DNA of 64,000 nucleotides from Longimicrobiales bacterium. GTDB taxonomy: Bacteria > Gemmatimonadota > Gemmatimonadetes > Longimicrobiales > Gaopeijiaceae. Shown in pieces: positions 1 to 9,690 of the stretch (its first letter is position 1; each line of letters starts with the position of its first letter). A program made the translations under genes and the position numbers. The stretch lies in the NCBI GenBank assembly GCA_965219445.1, contig CBDCNQ010000004.1, positions 448,001-512,000 on the forward strand. Reading direction: 5' to 3'. Below the pieces are notes generated by a model. The model saw nothing but the letters and a program-made list of their open reading frames with translations. It was not told the DNA's origin and ran no database searches.

Positions 1-1582
1 CGGCCCCCCGCTCGACGAGCGGCGCCACTCCTGCCCCGGCGGCAGCCCAGACCGCGAGCGTCAGCCAGCGAGCCCATCCTCGAAGTCCCACAGCCAGGAA
101 GCGCATTCCGATCAGGCCACCGAGGCCACCCACGAGGCTTCCTATCAGAGCGGCGTCCCCCACCCAAACGGAGACCCAGGTGGATGAGGCGCAAAAGCGG
201 GCGAAGGCCTCCAGTGACCGCAGCAGCACGTCCGTGCCCCCGGCAAGGAAATGGGCAAGCGGAGGTGAAATCCATGATATTCCCGTCGCGGCCAAGAGCC
301 CGGGGATCGCGGCACTGACGAGTGGTGTGGCCACCAGCGTCGCCGGCACGCCCACGACAGAAATCCTCCCGAAATGAAACGCCACGAACGGCATCGTGGC
401 CAGTGTGGCCCCCACGCCCGCCGCGACCGCATCCTTCAACGCCGGCGGCACTAGACCGAAGGAGTGGGCGTCCAGACCCCTCCGAAGGGGTGGCCTCAGG
501 ATCACGAGCCCAAGGGCCCCGGCGAAAGACAGCTGAAATCCCGGACGTGAGAGCACGGACGGATCCAGGAGGAACAGAATGATCCCCGCGGACGCAATCG
601 CTCCGAGTGCCCCCGCCGGCCGCGCCCGCAGCCGCGCGGCCGCCACGAACGTGAAGATGAGCGCCGCCCGGGTCGCTGCGTCCGGAAAGCCGATCAGGCC
701 GATGTATAGCCACGTGATGGCGGCGGAGTATGCCGGAGCGCGGCGCGGGCCGGCGCCGACACCGCGAACGATGACACTCACGAGGAGCGCCACGACTCCG
801 ACATGAAAGCCCGAGATCGCGAGTAAATGAGCGATCCCGGCTATAGCGAACGCCTCGCGAACCGTGGGGTCCAAGGCCTCCTTTCGGGCCAAGATCAGGG
901 CGCTAGCCAAGGGCCAGGTTTCGGGCATGAGGTCCCGCATCCGCGATTCGATCCGTCCCCGGAGGCGTGCCCCGGCCCCCGCGAACCTTGAAGGGGAGAC
1001 ACTCTCGTCGGGTCGCACGTCCGTGAGCAGAAGCGTCCCGGCCGACGCAGGCGCCGCCACCACGGCGTGTGCCGCGCGCTGCCAGGAGCCTATCGCACGC
1101 ACCGGAGTCCCGGCGGGAAGCGCGGCATCGCTCCCCCTCTGGAACGCCCGGACGGAGCCCTCGCAGTTCAGGCCGCGGACCAGACGAAAAGGGCGTGCTC
1201 CTGTCCCGGTCGCGCCCTCGAACCAACCCGTGACCGGTCCCGCGGCGCCGTCCGTCAAATGGAGCCTGCAGTCGCTGCCCATCGCTCGACGCTGTGCGTG
1301 AGTCGAGAGGCTCCCGGCGAGCACGGCCAAGGCCAAGGCTGCCGCCATTGCTCCAGTTTGCACGGTGATGGGAAAACGCGGGAATACTTCGACAAGCTCT
1401 TGCGGGTCTGTTGCGGTTCGGAGAGGCCGCAGGAAGCCAGGGCGAAGCCATGGCAGAATGGGAAGGCAAACAAACGCGAGGGATAACGCGGGCGGGAAGA
1501 AAAGGTCCAGAACCGCATACAGGCCGCTCCCCACGATGAGGGCGAAAGCGACCAGGGCCACCGGTGGCGGTCGAGGCCTCAC
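1..1582 (-). CDS. comEC: ComEC/Rec2 competence (DNA uptake) membrane protein, 3'-truncated by the window edge
   Basis: Manual translation of the minus strand gives ...ALILARKEALDPTVREAFAIAGIAHLLAISGFHVGVVA..., the ComEC competence-domain motif G..HLLA.SG.H. In-frame GTG at 1582 precedes a hydrophobic N-terminus. Absent from the ORF track because it runs off the window. Confidence 0.85.
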   Translation of the reverse strand, partial: MRPRPPPVALVAFALIVGSGLYAVLDLFFPPALSLAFVCLPILPWLRPGFLRPLRTATDPQELVEVFPRFPITVQTGAMAAALALAVLAGSLSTHAQRRAMGSDCRLHLTDGAAGPVTGWFEGATGTGARPFRLVRGLNCEGSVRAFQRGSDAALPAGTPVRAIGSWQRAAHAVVAAPASAGTLLLTDVRPDESVSPSRFAGAGARLRGRIESRMRDLMPETWPLASALILARKEALDPTVREAFAIAGIAHLLAISGFHVGVVALLVSVIVRGVGAGPRRAPAYSAAITWLYIGLIGFPDAATRAALIFTFVAAARLRARPAGALGAIASAGIILFLLDPSVLSRPGFQLSFAGALGLVILRPPLRRGLDAHSFGLVPPALKDAVAAGVGATLATMPFVAFHFGRISVVGVPATLVATPLVSAAIPGLLAATGISWISPPLAHFLAGGTDVLLRSLEAFARFCASSTWVSVWVGDAALIGSLVGGLGGLIGMRFLAVGLRGWARWLTLAVWAAAGAGVAPLVERGA

Positions 1583-1621
1583 GGTGGAGCCCGTAACCGC
1601 CGTATGGCATCGGGATTCAGC

Positions 1622-1993
1622 CTACGGCACCTCCTCTCCGTTCCCATCCCATTCTCCAACCCCAGCTTCGCCCCCATCGCTATCACCCTCCACCGGGGGC
1701 GGTGAAAAAAGGTCTTGCTGGGTCCGATCGATGAGGGCGCGCTCCTCGCGATCCTCCTCCTCCAGGCGCTGACGAAGAAGCGCCCGGACCTTGAGATCGC
1801 TGCGGACTCCGGCGACGAGCATGACCACCATTCCCATGAATAGGCCCGTAAACCCCACCACCGTCAGAGGTACGCCGTACAGGACGGTCACCCCGAGGTT
1901 GAGCGTGACCCGCTGCGCCCCATTCAGCACCGCGAAGAGGATCGAGGCCACGAGGACGGAGACAACTCCCAGCGGTCCGATGAACCGAATCAT
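1622..1993 (-). CDS. LapA/DUF1049-like small inner-membrane protein
   Basis: 123 aa, two TM helices with an 'LNG.Q.V.LNLG...VPL' pattern and a charged tail; start overlaps the miaB stop. Confidence 0.65.
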   Translation of the reverse strand: MIRFIGPLGVVSVLVASILFAVLNGAQRVTLNLGVTVLYGVPLTVVGFTGLFMGMVVMLVAGVRSDLKVRALLRQRLEEEDREERALIDRTQQDLFSPPPVEGDSDGGEAGVGEWDGNGEEVP

Positions 1994-3372
1994 GCGGAGC
2001 CTGTCAGGGCCGGAGCGGTCGAAACCGCCCCGACGAACGTCGCTCCCGTCGTGTCCGTGAGACGCACCTCCTGGTAGGTGCCAACGAGCTCCGTCGATCC
2101 GGCGAACGCGACCACCTTGTTCCGTCGAGTCCGTCCGAGAATCTGTCCTGGATCGCGGGCTTCCTTCTCCACGAGAACCTCTTCCATCCGTCCAACTTCG
2201 GCCCTGTTGATTTCCGCCTGGATTCCTCGATGGACTTCGATGAGTCGCTCGAGTCTCTCCTGACCCTCCCGGTCGGAAACGAAGTCCGCGGCCGGAAAAC
2301 GCGTCGCTGGTGTGCCCTCTCGAGGAGAATACCGATAGGTGTAGGCATCATCGAAGCGGACGGTCCGCATCACCTCGAGCGTTTCTTCGAATTCGTCGTA
2401 TGTCTCCCCAGGAAAAGCCACAATAACGTCGGTCGAAAGCCCGACATCGGGTATCACTGTGCGGGCCATCTCCACCTTCTCGAAAAAGCCCTCGACCGTG
2501 TACCGCCGGAGCATCCGTCGAAGCGTCCGATCACTTCCCGCCTGAAGCGGCAGATGGAGATGCTCACACACCGCAGTTTCCTCCGCCATGACATCCAGCA
2601 GATGCTTCGTCACGTCGCTGGGATGCGGCGACGTGAATCGTACCCGTCGGATTCCCGGAACCCGGGCCACCGACCTTAGAAGATCGGGAAAAGACTGACC
2701 CTCGGCCTCATACGAGTTCACGGTCTGGCCCAGCAGTGTGACCTCCGTCACGCCGGAGTCGGCGATTTCCTCTATTTCACCTAACACGTCCCCCGGTCTC
2801 CGGTTCTTCTCAGGACCCCGCACGTACGGAACGATGCAGAACGTGCAACGGTGGTCGCAGCCTCGTTGGACTGGTACCCATGCGGAAATCCCGGACGAGC
2901 GGCGCTGCTCCAGCCCCTCGTAATTCTCTCCAAGGTGGAGGTCGAGCACTACGAGCTGCGGCCCACGTCTCTTGGCCGACCGCGACGGCCGAATCTTACG
3001 ACCCTCCTCGAGCGCCGCGAGCCGTTCCGGCAGAGACCGGTACCCGTCGGGGCCCATGACCAAATCCACATGAGGCGCCCTCTCCAATAGCGTCTCACCC
3101 ATCCGCTGCGCCATGCAGCCAGTGACACCGATGATCAGGTCCGGACGGTCACGCTTGAGCCCGTAGAGCTGGCCCACCCTGCCGAGCACACGCTTCTCCG
3201 CATGCTCCCGGATGGCGCACGTATTCACTAGGATGACGTCGGCGGCCTCCGGGTCAGCAGAAATCTCGTATCCATGCGCCTCCAGAACGCCCTCCATCAG
3301 CTCTCCATCACTGATGTTCATTTGGCAACCATACGTCTCAACGTATGCGCGCTTTTTAGACCGCTGAATCAT
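1990..3372 (-). CDS. miaB: tRNA-2-methylthio-N6-dimethylallyladenosine synthase MiaB
   Basis: N-terminal ETYGCQMN, NTCAIRE and GCMAQ; radical SAM CDHRCTFCIVPYVRG; C-terminal TRAM domain (GRTRRNKVV). Confidence 0.96.
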   Translation of the reverse strand: MIQRSKKRAYVETYGCQMNISDGELMEGVLEAHGYEISADPEAADVILVNTCAIREHAEKRVLGRVGQLYGLKRDRPDLIIGVTGCMAQRMGETLLERAPHVDLVMGPDGYRSLPERLAALEEGRKIRPSRSAKRRGPQLVVLDLHLGENYEGLEQRRSSGISAWVPVQRGCDHRCTFCIVPYVRGPEKNRRPGDVLGEIEEIADSGVTEVTLLGQTVNSYEAEGQSFPDLLRSVARVPGIRRVRFTSPHPSDVTKHLLDVMAEETAVCEHLHLPLQAGSDRTLRRMLRRYTVEGFFEKVEMARTVIPDVGLSTDVIVAFPGETYDEFEETLEVMRTVRFDDAYTYRYSPREGTPATRFPAADFVSDREGQERLERLIEVHRGIQAEINRAEVGRMEEVLVEKEARDPGQILGRTRRNKVVAFAGSTELVGTYQEVRLTDTTGATFVGAVSTAPALTGSA

Positions 3373-4736
3373 GACGAACTCACGTGGGAAGGCAGGGGCG
3401 ACTCAATACCAGAAGCGGCACACCGGTTCGAGCTGGCCGCGTCGAGTTCAATATAAAGGTCATCCCCACTACCCCGCAGGACGCCCGAGTGGAGACGTCC
3501 ACAATCCTCCACTCCCGCCCCCTCCACGTCCACCCGGAGGTAATCGCCGGTGAGAGCTCGACGGCCCTGGGCCTCCAAGGTGACCAGCGAGGATTCCCCG
3601 GAGCGTGACGCCCGATGGCTGCGATGCTTCTCCTGCGCCAGCGTTCGCAATTCACGGCTGCGCTCCCCTGCGATCCTCTGGGGTACCGGATCCGGAAGCG
3701 CGCTCGCCGCGGTCCCGTCCTTGGGCGAGAACGGAAAGACGTGGAGGTACGTGAAGGGAAGCTCCTCGACGAGTCGCATCGTATCTTCATGGTCCACGTC
3801 GGTCTCGCCCGGAAAGCCCGTGATGATGTCCGCACCCAATCCGATTGGGCGCACAGCGTTCGCGACCTGGAGCGCCCGGGCCCGATACGCCTCCCTGGAA
3901 TGCCATCGCTTCATACGGCGCAAGACCGGATCGGAGCCACTCTGCAAAGGCATGTGCAGATGCGGAGCGACGCGGCCACGCGAAGAGACAATGAGTTCGA
4001 GGAGCAGCTCATCGATTTCCGTCGCCTCGATGCTCCCGAGGCGGAACCGAACTTCTGGGACCGCGTCCAAAAGGCGGGCCAAGAGCACGGAAAGCGTAAT
4101 AGGACTCTCCAGATCCCGGCCGTAATGTCCAATGTGGATCCCCGTCAACACGAGCTCGGGATGGTGGCGCGCCAGCATGCGGGCCTCGAGGATGAGGTCC
4201 CCGGGGGAGCGAGAGCGACTTGCACCGCGCGCAAGCCGTGTAGCGCAGAAGGCGCACTTCCGGTCACAACCATCCTGTACCTTCAGCCAACCCCTCGTCG
4301 CGCCCTCACGTCTCTCCAGGATGGCCCCGCCGATCGGTTCCAGATGCGATCCATCTAGCCCGCGATCCATGCCGAGCTGTACGAGGGATCCACGAGGTGC
4401 GACCGCGCTGGCCACCGCAGCGGTTACCTGAAGGGGGTCGTGTCCCGGTACGACGGAGGAGACACCCTCCATCTCGGCATACTCCCGCGCCCGAAGCACC
4501 GCCGAGCACCCGGCGACGACGATGTGGGTCTGTGGGTTTTCCCTCTTGATGCGCCGAACAAAACGCCTCGCCTCGGCGTCAGCCGCGTTCGTCACGGTAC
4601 AGGTGTTCACCACACAAACGTCGGCGGAGCCCAGGTCGTTCGTAGCAACCACACCTCTGGCTTGCGACTCCTGTCGCATACGCTCTGTATCGTACTGGTT
4701 GGCCTTGCACCCAAAGGTGTGGAAAAGAACCCGCAC
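3369..4736 (-). CDS. mtaB: MiaB/RimO-family methylthiotransferase, most likely tRNA t6A methylthiotransferase MtaB
   Basis: TFGCKANQYDT, NTCTVT, LKVQDGCDRKCAFC, VLTGIHIG and HVFPFSPKDGT are MtaB-type signatures. Confidence 0.85.
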   Translation of the reverse strand: MRVLFHTFGCKANQYDTERMRQESQARGVVATNDLGSADVCVVNTCTVTNAADAEARRFVRRIKRENPQTHIVVAGCSAVLRAREYAEMEGVSSVVPGHDPLQVTAAVASAVAPRGSLVQLGMDRGLDGSHLEPIGGAILERREGATRGWLKVQDGCDRKCAFCATRLARGASRSRSPGDLILEARMLARHHPELVLTGIHIGHYGRDLESPITLSVLLARLLDAVPEVRFRLGSIEATEIDELLLELIVSSRGRVAPHLHMPLQSGSDPVLRRMKRWHSREAYRARALQVANAVRPIGLGADIITGFPGETDVDHEDTMRLVEELPFTYLHVFPFSPKDGTAASALPDPVPQRIAGERSRELRTLAQEKHRSHRASRSGESSLVTLEAQGRRALTGDYLRVDVEGAGVEDCGRLHSGVLRGSGDDLYIELDAASSNRCAASGIESPLPSHVSSS

Positions 4737-4750
4737 GTCGCGCGGCCGCC

Positions 4751-5932
4751 TCAGCGGCCCCCCACCCGAGTTGTCACCGTGAGCCGGCGAAAACTCTCCT
4801 CGAAATTCCCGGAGTTCCGGTTACCCACCTCGATCGCAAGATCCAGCGCCGCCAACGGGAGATCCAAGGCCTGGGACACGACGACTGAGAATCCGAAAGA
4901 GATCGCGCTCTCTCTTACCTTCTTATCCAAGAATCGGAACGGAAGCTCCGAGCGACGATAACCAAACCGCAGAGGGAAGCCGCCCGCCCAAAAGCTCGTC
5001 GCCTCCCACTCAATCCCCGCACCGTACGACAACACTCTGCCACCGCCCGCGGCGTCGACACTCGGATCACCCAAATCAGTCCAGTTCGAAGAAGCAATTC
5101 CCGCATTCACGGCCAACGCCGAGCTGAGCAACGCGGTGGTGGACAGCTTGAACTCCAAAGGTACCGACACTTCCCGATCAACATCCCCAGACCCTTCTGC
5201 CGGATTGACCTTGATCGCCCCCCCCCAACCCAACGTCGCGCCCACCTGAAGGGCAGCACTCGGATCCCAGGAAACATTCAAAGAAGCCAGAGGGCCCGAA
5301 TGATCCCATTGTCCCGAGTCCAAGGACGGACTGATGGGGTCTACCATCGCAAGCGTATCGGCCTGCCCCGGGTCGAACGTCCTACTGAAGCTCCGGGTCA
5401 GCCCCCCCCTGTAGATGCCAACGGTTGCGCCCAATGCAAGGTTGGCCGACAAGCGACGGGCCACGCCCGCCTGGACCGCCACGATTGCCCCATCCGAAAC
5501 AAAGGTGTCGGTGACTCCGAGGCTCCCCCCCGCGATATCAACGGAATCCTCAGACTCGACGGACCAGTTCTGGTCGAATTGGCTTCCCGCCGTGAGTGTG
5601 AACACGCCCAGCGTTCCCAATGGATAGGCGAAACCGATCACGGGAAACCGGGTCCCAAAGAAGTCCCCCTTGTCCGATCCCACGGTGTATTCGCCCCAGT
5701 GCGGCTGGACGGTAAACGCTATCGTAGGCGCCAGAATGTCCAGAGACGCCACAGGATTTCCGGGAATCACTATAGCCGCACGCGTTGTGACTCCTACCCC
5801 GCCGAGCGCCCGCTGCGTGGCATCGAGAGGCTCCAACCTCATCCCCAACCCACTCGATCCCAGCACGGACTGGCCCGCTACGCTGCTCGGCAAAATCAGC
5901 GCGATCAACCAAAATGATCTCGGGTATCTCAT
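4751..5932 (-). CDS. Putative outer-membrane beta-barrel protein (FadL/PorV-like hatch motif)
   Basis: Signal peptide, 'GLG...LDATQRALGG' N-terminal motif, many amphipathic beta-strand segments. Confidence 0.55.
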   Translation of the reverse strand: MRYPRSFWLIALILPSSVAGQSVLGSSGLGMRLEPLDATQRALGGVGVTTRAAIVIPGNPVASLDILAPTIAFTVQPHWGEYTVGSDKGDFFGTRFPVIGFAYPLGTLGVFTLTAGSQFDQNWSVESEDSVDIAGGSLGVTDTFVSDGAIVAVQAGVARRLSANLALGATVGIYRGGLTRSFSRTFDPGQADTLAMVDPISPSLDSGQWDHSGPLASLNVSWDPSAALQVGATLGWGGAIKVNPAEGSGDVDREVSVPLEFKLSTTALLSSALAVNAGIASSNWTDLGDPSVDAAGGGRVLSYGAGIEWEATSFWAGGFPLRFGYRRSELPFRFLDKKVRESAISFGFSVVVSQALDLPLAALDLAIEVGNRNSGNFEESFRRLTVTTRVGGR

Positions 5933-7233
5933 GGCAAGCCCACGTCGTTGGCGATCGTGTACAACAGTCGCAGTGCCGGAGCGCCCGCACCCCCGCCTCC
6001 TTCGAAGGACGCGAACCCGACCGAAAGCGGTTCGATGGCGCTCAACAGAGCCAATGAGACAACTGGCACCGTATCCGTCTCGGCGGTCTCGGAAAGAATC
6101 CCTGCCACGAGCCCGGTCAACAAGAGCGACACCGGCGTGCCAGCCTGTACGGAAAAGAGCTCAGACCCAATGGCCTCAACAACGGGCGCTAGCGGCACTC
6201 CGAGAGGGGATTTGGGGAGCAACTCCGCGACAAGGACGCTGCGGACGTCCAACCTCGTCGTATCCTGGGGCTGGAACGCGGACTCGGTCTGGCGGGTCGT
6301 CAGCACCAACTCCGCGAGGTTGAGGTCGACCTCTGCCAGATCGACCTGACAGCCCACCGTGCCACAAAGCTCGGCCGTGCCGTCGACCATGCGGGGGATC
6401 GACACCGTGATTACCGAGCGCCACGAAGGCACCCCCCCCACGCGGAGCCACCCCGCCGGTGCAGCAGGCTCCGGGTCGATCATGAAACTCAGATCTCGCC
6501 TTCGGACCGTCACTTCCTGGATGGTCTCGGGATCCGTGTCCTGCACTGCCGAGATCTCGAGCCTCATGTCTAGCAAGCGGAGAAAGACCCCGGGCTCGCC
6601 GGCCGCAACAAGGAGCCCTGTCACCCCCGTGGCCGGATCTCCCAGCGCGGCCACCGTCGCCGAGTCGACCGGAATGCTAACGGTATCCACGAGGGCCAAG
6701 GTATCACCCGGTTGTTCGATAAAGGGGTCGAAGGTCCCCCCTCCGAGCAATGTCGTGGGGCCACCTCCGGGTTGGGTCCATAACCGCCGATCTCCAACCG
6801 TGTCGACCGTCACCTCCCACGTCACGGTGGGCGCGTGCCAATCCTCTCTTACATCGAACAGTTCCACATCCACCGGAGCACCTAGGGTGCCGTTCAGCGT
6901 GTCGAAGACGAGCACGACACGTCCTCCCGAGAATCTGGTGGACGCCACTACCTCCTCCACCGTGGGTAGGTCGGCGAAATGTACGAGTGCCCGTGCCTCC
7001 AGCCCGCCAAAGTCAAACGCGACCGCTCCATAACCGAGATCCTGAGCGGATCCGTACCCCCCGAAGACCTGCACGTCATCGATGAAGTCCTCAAAAGGGA
7101 TGACAACCTCTGCGGTACGTGCATCGATCTGGAGGAAACCCAGGTCAGGAGCCGTCGCGTCTTTCTCTGTACAGCTCGACACCGTCCCGGCACAGATCAT
7201 CAATGTCGCCAACAAATATCGCTTCAAACCCAC
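5929..7233 (-). CDS. Hypothetical secreted protein or lipoprotein
   Basis: 434 aa; signal peptide ending ...VSSC (lipobox-like); acidic beta-rich body; stop overlaps the next gene. Confidence 0.7.
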   Translation of the reverse strand: MGLKRYLLATLMICAGTVSSCTEKDATAPDLGFLQIDARTAEVVIPFEDFIDDVQVFGGYGSAQDLGYGAVAFDFGGLEARALVHFADLPTVEEVVASTRFSGGRVVLVFDTLNGTLGAPVDVELFDVREDWHAPTVTWEVTVDTVGDRRLWTQPGGGPTTLLGGGTFDPFIEQPGDTLALVDTVSIPVDSATVAALGDPATGVTGLLVAAGEPGVFLRLLDMRLEISAVQDTDPETIQEVTVRRRDLSFMIDPEPAAPAGWLRVGGVPSWRSVITVSIPRMVDGTAELCGTVGCQVDLAEVDLNLAELVLTTRQTESAFQPQDTTRLDVRSVLVAELLPKSPLGVPLAPVVEAIGSELFSVQAGTPVSLLLTGLVAGILSETAETDTVPVVSLALLSAIEPLSVGFASFEGGGGAGAPALRLLYTIANDVGLP

Positions 7234-7242
7234 TTCCTTCGA

Positions 7243-8364
7243 TTATTCAGTCGTCCAAACCCTGGGCATCCGCGCCGTGAAGTCCGTGAGGATCTCGTAA
7301 CTGATCGTTCCTGCCAAGTCCGCAACCTCGTCCAGGGGGAGGACGAGATCCCCGTCCGTGCCGATCAGCGTCGCCGTATCTCCCACATCCACTCCATCCA
7401 CGCCGGTAATGTCTACCACGGTCATGTCCATCGAGATCCGTCCGATAATCGGAACCCTCCGGCGGGAGAGCAGCACACTTCCCCGATTCCCGAGGACCCT
7501 TGGAAAACCATCTCCATAGCCGATGCCGAGCGTGGCCCACCGTTCGTCCCCGGACGAACGATAGGTGGCTCCGTACCCGAGCGTGGTCGCCTCGGGCACC
7601 TCGCGGATGAGCGTGACGCGGGCGCGGACCCGAACCACCTCTTCGGGCGCGGCCACACCTGCACCTATGCTGCCCCCATAGAGAAAAATTCCGGGCCGGA
7701 CCGCGTCCGCGGCGAACGCGGGATATCGCATCGCAGCAGCAGCATTACAGGCGTGGACAAAACTTCCCGCTTCGGGCTTCAGCTGCTCAAGGGCCCCAAT
7801 GAATCTCTCCCATTGGTCTCGAGTCGGCGCCTCGTCCGCCAGATCCGCCGAATGGAAGTGAGTATAGCTTCCCTCCCAAATCGCCGTAGCGGAGGCTGCG
7901 TCCGCCAAGGCGGCTCCCCAGTCGCCTACCCGGCGCCAGTCGAATCCGGATCGGCCCATCCCCGTATCGACCTCTATATGAAATCGACCGACGAGTCCCG
8001 TTTGCGCCGCGGCGGCCGCGACTCGCTCGACGGAATCCAGATCCGACACTGTGAGGGTGAGGTCGTGCGCTACAGCCGAGTCGTATGAGTCGGGCGGCAC
8101 AGGGCTGAAGATGATCACGGCAGCCGTAACGCCTGCACTGCGCAACCTCATGCCCTCCTCCACTGTTGCCACGCCGAACCCCCATGGATCTTCAGGCTCC
8201 AACGTTCGTACGACGTCCTCCATACCCAATCCATATCCATCTGCTTTGACCATGGGGATTACGGAGGTCGCATCTCCGATGGATTCACGGATTCGATGGA
8301 GATTCCGGCGGAGCGCTCCGGGCCGCACTTCCACCCAGGCCCGAGCTTGAGGGTCCGTTGACAT
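7243..8364 (-). CDS. alr: Alanine racemase
   Basis: VKADGYGLG PLP-lysine motif, VDTGMGRSG, VRPGIFLYG, GYGDG, GRISMD, GTISYE. Confidence 0.97.
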   Translation of the reverse strand: MSTDPQARAWVEVRPGALRRNLHRIRESIGDATSVIPMVKADGYGLGMEDVVRTLEPEDPWGFGVATVEEGMRLRSAGVTAAVIIFSPVPPDSYDSAVAHDLTLTVSDLDSVERVAAAAAQTGLVGRFHIEVDTGMGRSGFDWRRVGDWGAALADAASATAIWEGSYTHFHSADLADEAPTRDQWERFIGALEQLKPEAGSFVHACNAAAAMRYPAFAADAVRPGIFLYGGSIGAGVAAPEEVVRVRARVTLIREVPEATTLGYGATYRSSGDERWATLGIGYGDGFPRVLGNRGSVLLSRRRVPIIGRISMDMTVVDITGVDGVDVGDTATLIGTDGDLVLPLDEVADLAGTISYEILTDFTARMPRVWTTE

Positions 8365-8440
8365 ATCCGTTGAAAGAAGCGAAAAGGTATTCCCTGATCA
8401 AGTTCCGTTTCTCCACATAAGAAGATCGAGGAAGACCGGC

Positions 8441-9241
8441 ATGGGCTCCCATGACAGCAATCCCAATCCACCGGACCTGGGCACGGGTCACCTGGATCGG
8501 GCCGTAGAACTCGTGCGCTTTCTCAGGGTCGAATGCCCCTGGGACCGCGAGCAGACCCCCCAAAGCTTGGTCCCGCATCTTCTCGAGGAGGCCCACGAGG
8601 TCGTGGACGCCATTCGGGAGAGTCATGACGACGACCTGGAGGGTGAGTTGGGCGATCTGCTTCTCAACCTCTCGTTTCAGGTCGTGCTCGGCGAAGAGCG
8701 CGGGGCTTTCACGGCCGCCTCGGTTATGGAGCGGCTGGAGAAGAAAATGTGGGACCGACACCCACACCTTTTCGGCCTCGGAGAGAGGGAGGACTGGGAG
8801 GTCCTAAAAGCTAGAGAGCGGCAGGAAGAATTTGGAGAGGAGAGTCCCTCCGTCCTCGCCGGCATACCCGCGGGCCTAGATCCCCTACACAAGGCGCACC
8901 GCATCCAGGACAGAGTCAGTGGAGTGGGGTTCGACTGGGCCGACGCGATAGGAGCTCTCGAGAAGGTCCATGAGGAAGTCGGGGAAGTTCGGGAGGCCCT
9001 CGCTCACGACGGTTCCCAACATCTCGAGGAGGAACTCGGGGACCTCCTCTTCGCGGTCGTGAACCTCGTGAGGCTGGCGGGAAGCCACTGCGCGACTGCG
9101 CTCGAGCACGCGAATCATAAGTTCTCCCGCCGATTCGAACGCCTCGAGACGATGGCCGCCGAACTCGACATTTCGATCCAAGACGCCACGCTCGATGTGC
9201 TCGACGCCATCTGGGACGAAGTGAAGATCGAGGAGGGTTGA
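8441..9241 (+). CDS. mazG: Nucleoside triphosphate pyrophosphohydrolase MazG
   Basis: CPWDREQT, two EELGDLL-type MazG domains, GFDW. Confidence 0.95.
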   Translation: MGSHDSNPNPPDLGTGHLDRAVELVRFLRVECPWDREQTPQSLVPHLLEEAHEVVDAIRESHDDDLEGELGDLLLNLSFQVVLGEERGAFTAASVMERLEKKMWDRHPHLFGLGEREDWEVLKARERQEEFGEESPSVLAGIPAGLDPLHKAHRIQDRVSGVGFDWADAIGALEKVHEEVGEVREALAHDGSQHLEEELGDLLFAVVNLVRLAGSHCATALEHANHKFSRRFERLETMAAELDISIQDATLDVLDAIWDEVKIEEG

Positions 9242-9480
9242 ACACGATGCGTACGCGGTGCTGCTGGTCGTCGTATCGCTCAGCCGAGGATCGATCCCCT
9301 CAAGCTCACTCAGGAGCGCGTCGCTCCGGTCCCTTTCGTTCACGATGTCCTGGCTCGTCGGGGGATTGGTCGCCTCCATTCGATAGAGTGTGTCCCATCT
9401 TTAGTTGAAATTGAAGCGGCCTCCGACCTTAGGTAACGTGAGTGTGCGAGCACGCCACGGGACCACAGAAGAGGAAGGAA

Positions 9481-9520
9481 GCCACCGATGGGAAGGATGC
9501 CACCGATGGGAAGGATGCCA
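9481..9520. repeat. Tandem duplication of an 18-bp unit (GCCACCGATGGGAAGGAT x2 + GCCA)
   Basis: Read directly: 9481-9498 and 9499-9516 are identical. Confidence 0.9.
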
Positions 9521-9690
9521 AGGCTCGTCGAGCACTCTCGCCCTTTCCGGACATTAGTGTCCCACGTATCTTGTCATCGATACTCACCATCGGTATCGCG
9601 ACCTGGCCACTGGAAGCCCGGCTCAGGGAGTGACGATCCCAGGCGCAGATCAGGTGAGCGTTTTCCACGTCGTCTTATGCAGGAGGCAGA

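Noticed and set aside
903..1610. 235-aa minus-strand ORF from the track
   Set aside because: Wrong frame; the ComEC motifs are in the frame starting at 1582.
8885..9379. 164-aa minus-strand ORF (MEATNPP...)
   Set aside because: Mostly antisense to mazG, no RBS and no motif; at most a short gene remnant.
9481..9520. CRISPR array
   Set aside because: Only two adjacent 18-bp units, no spacers, no cas genes.
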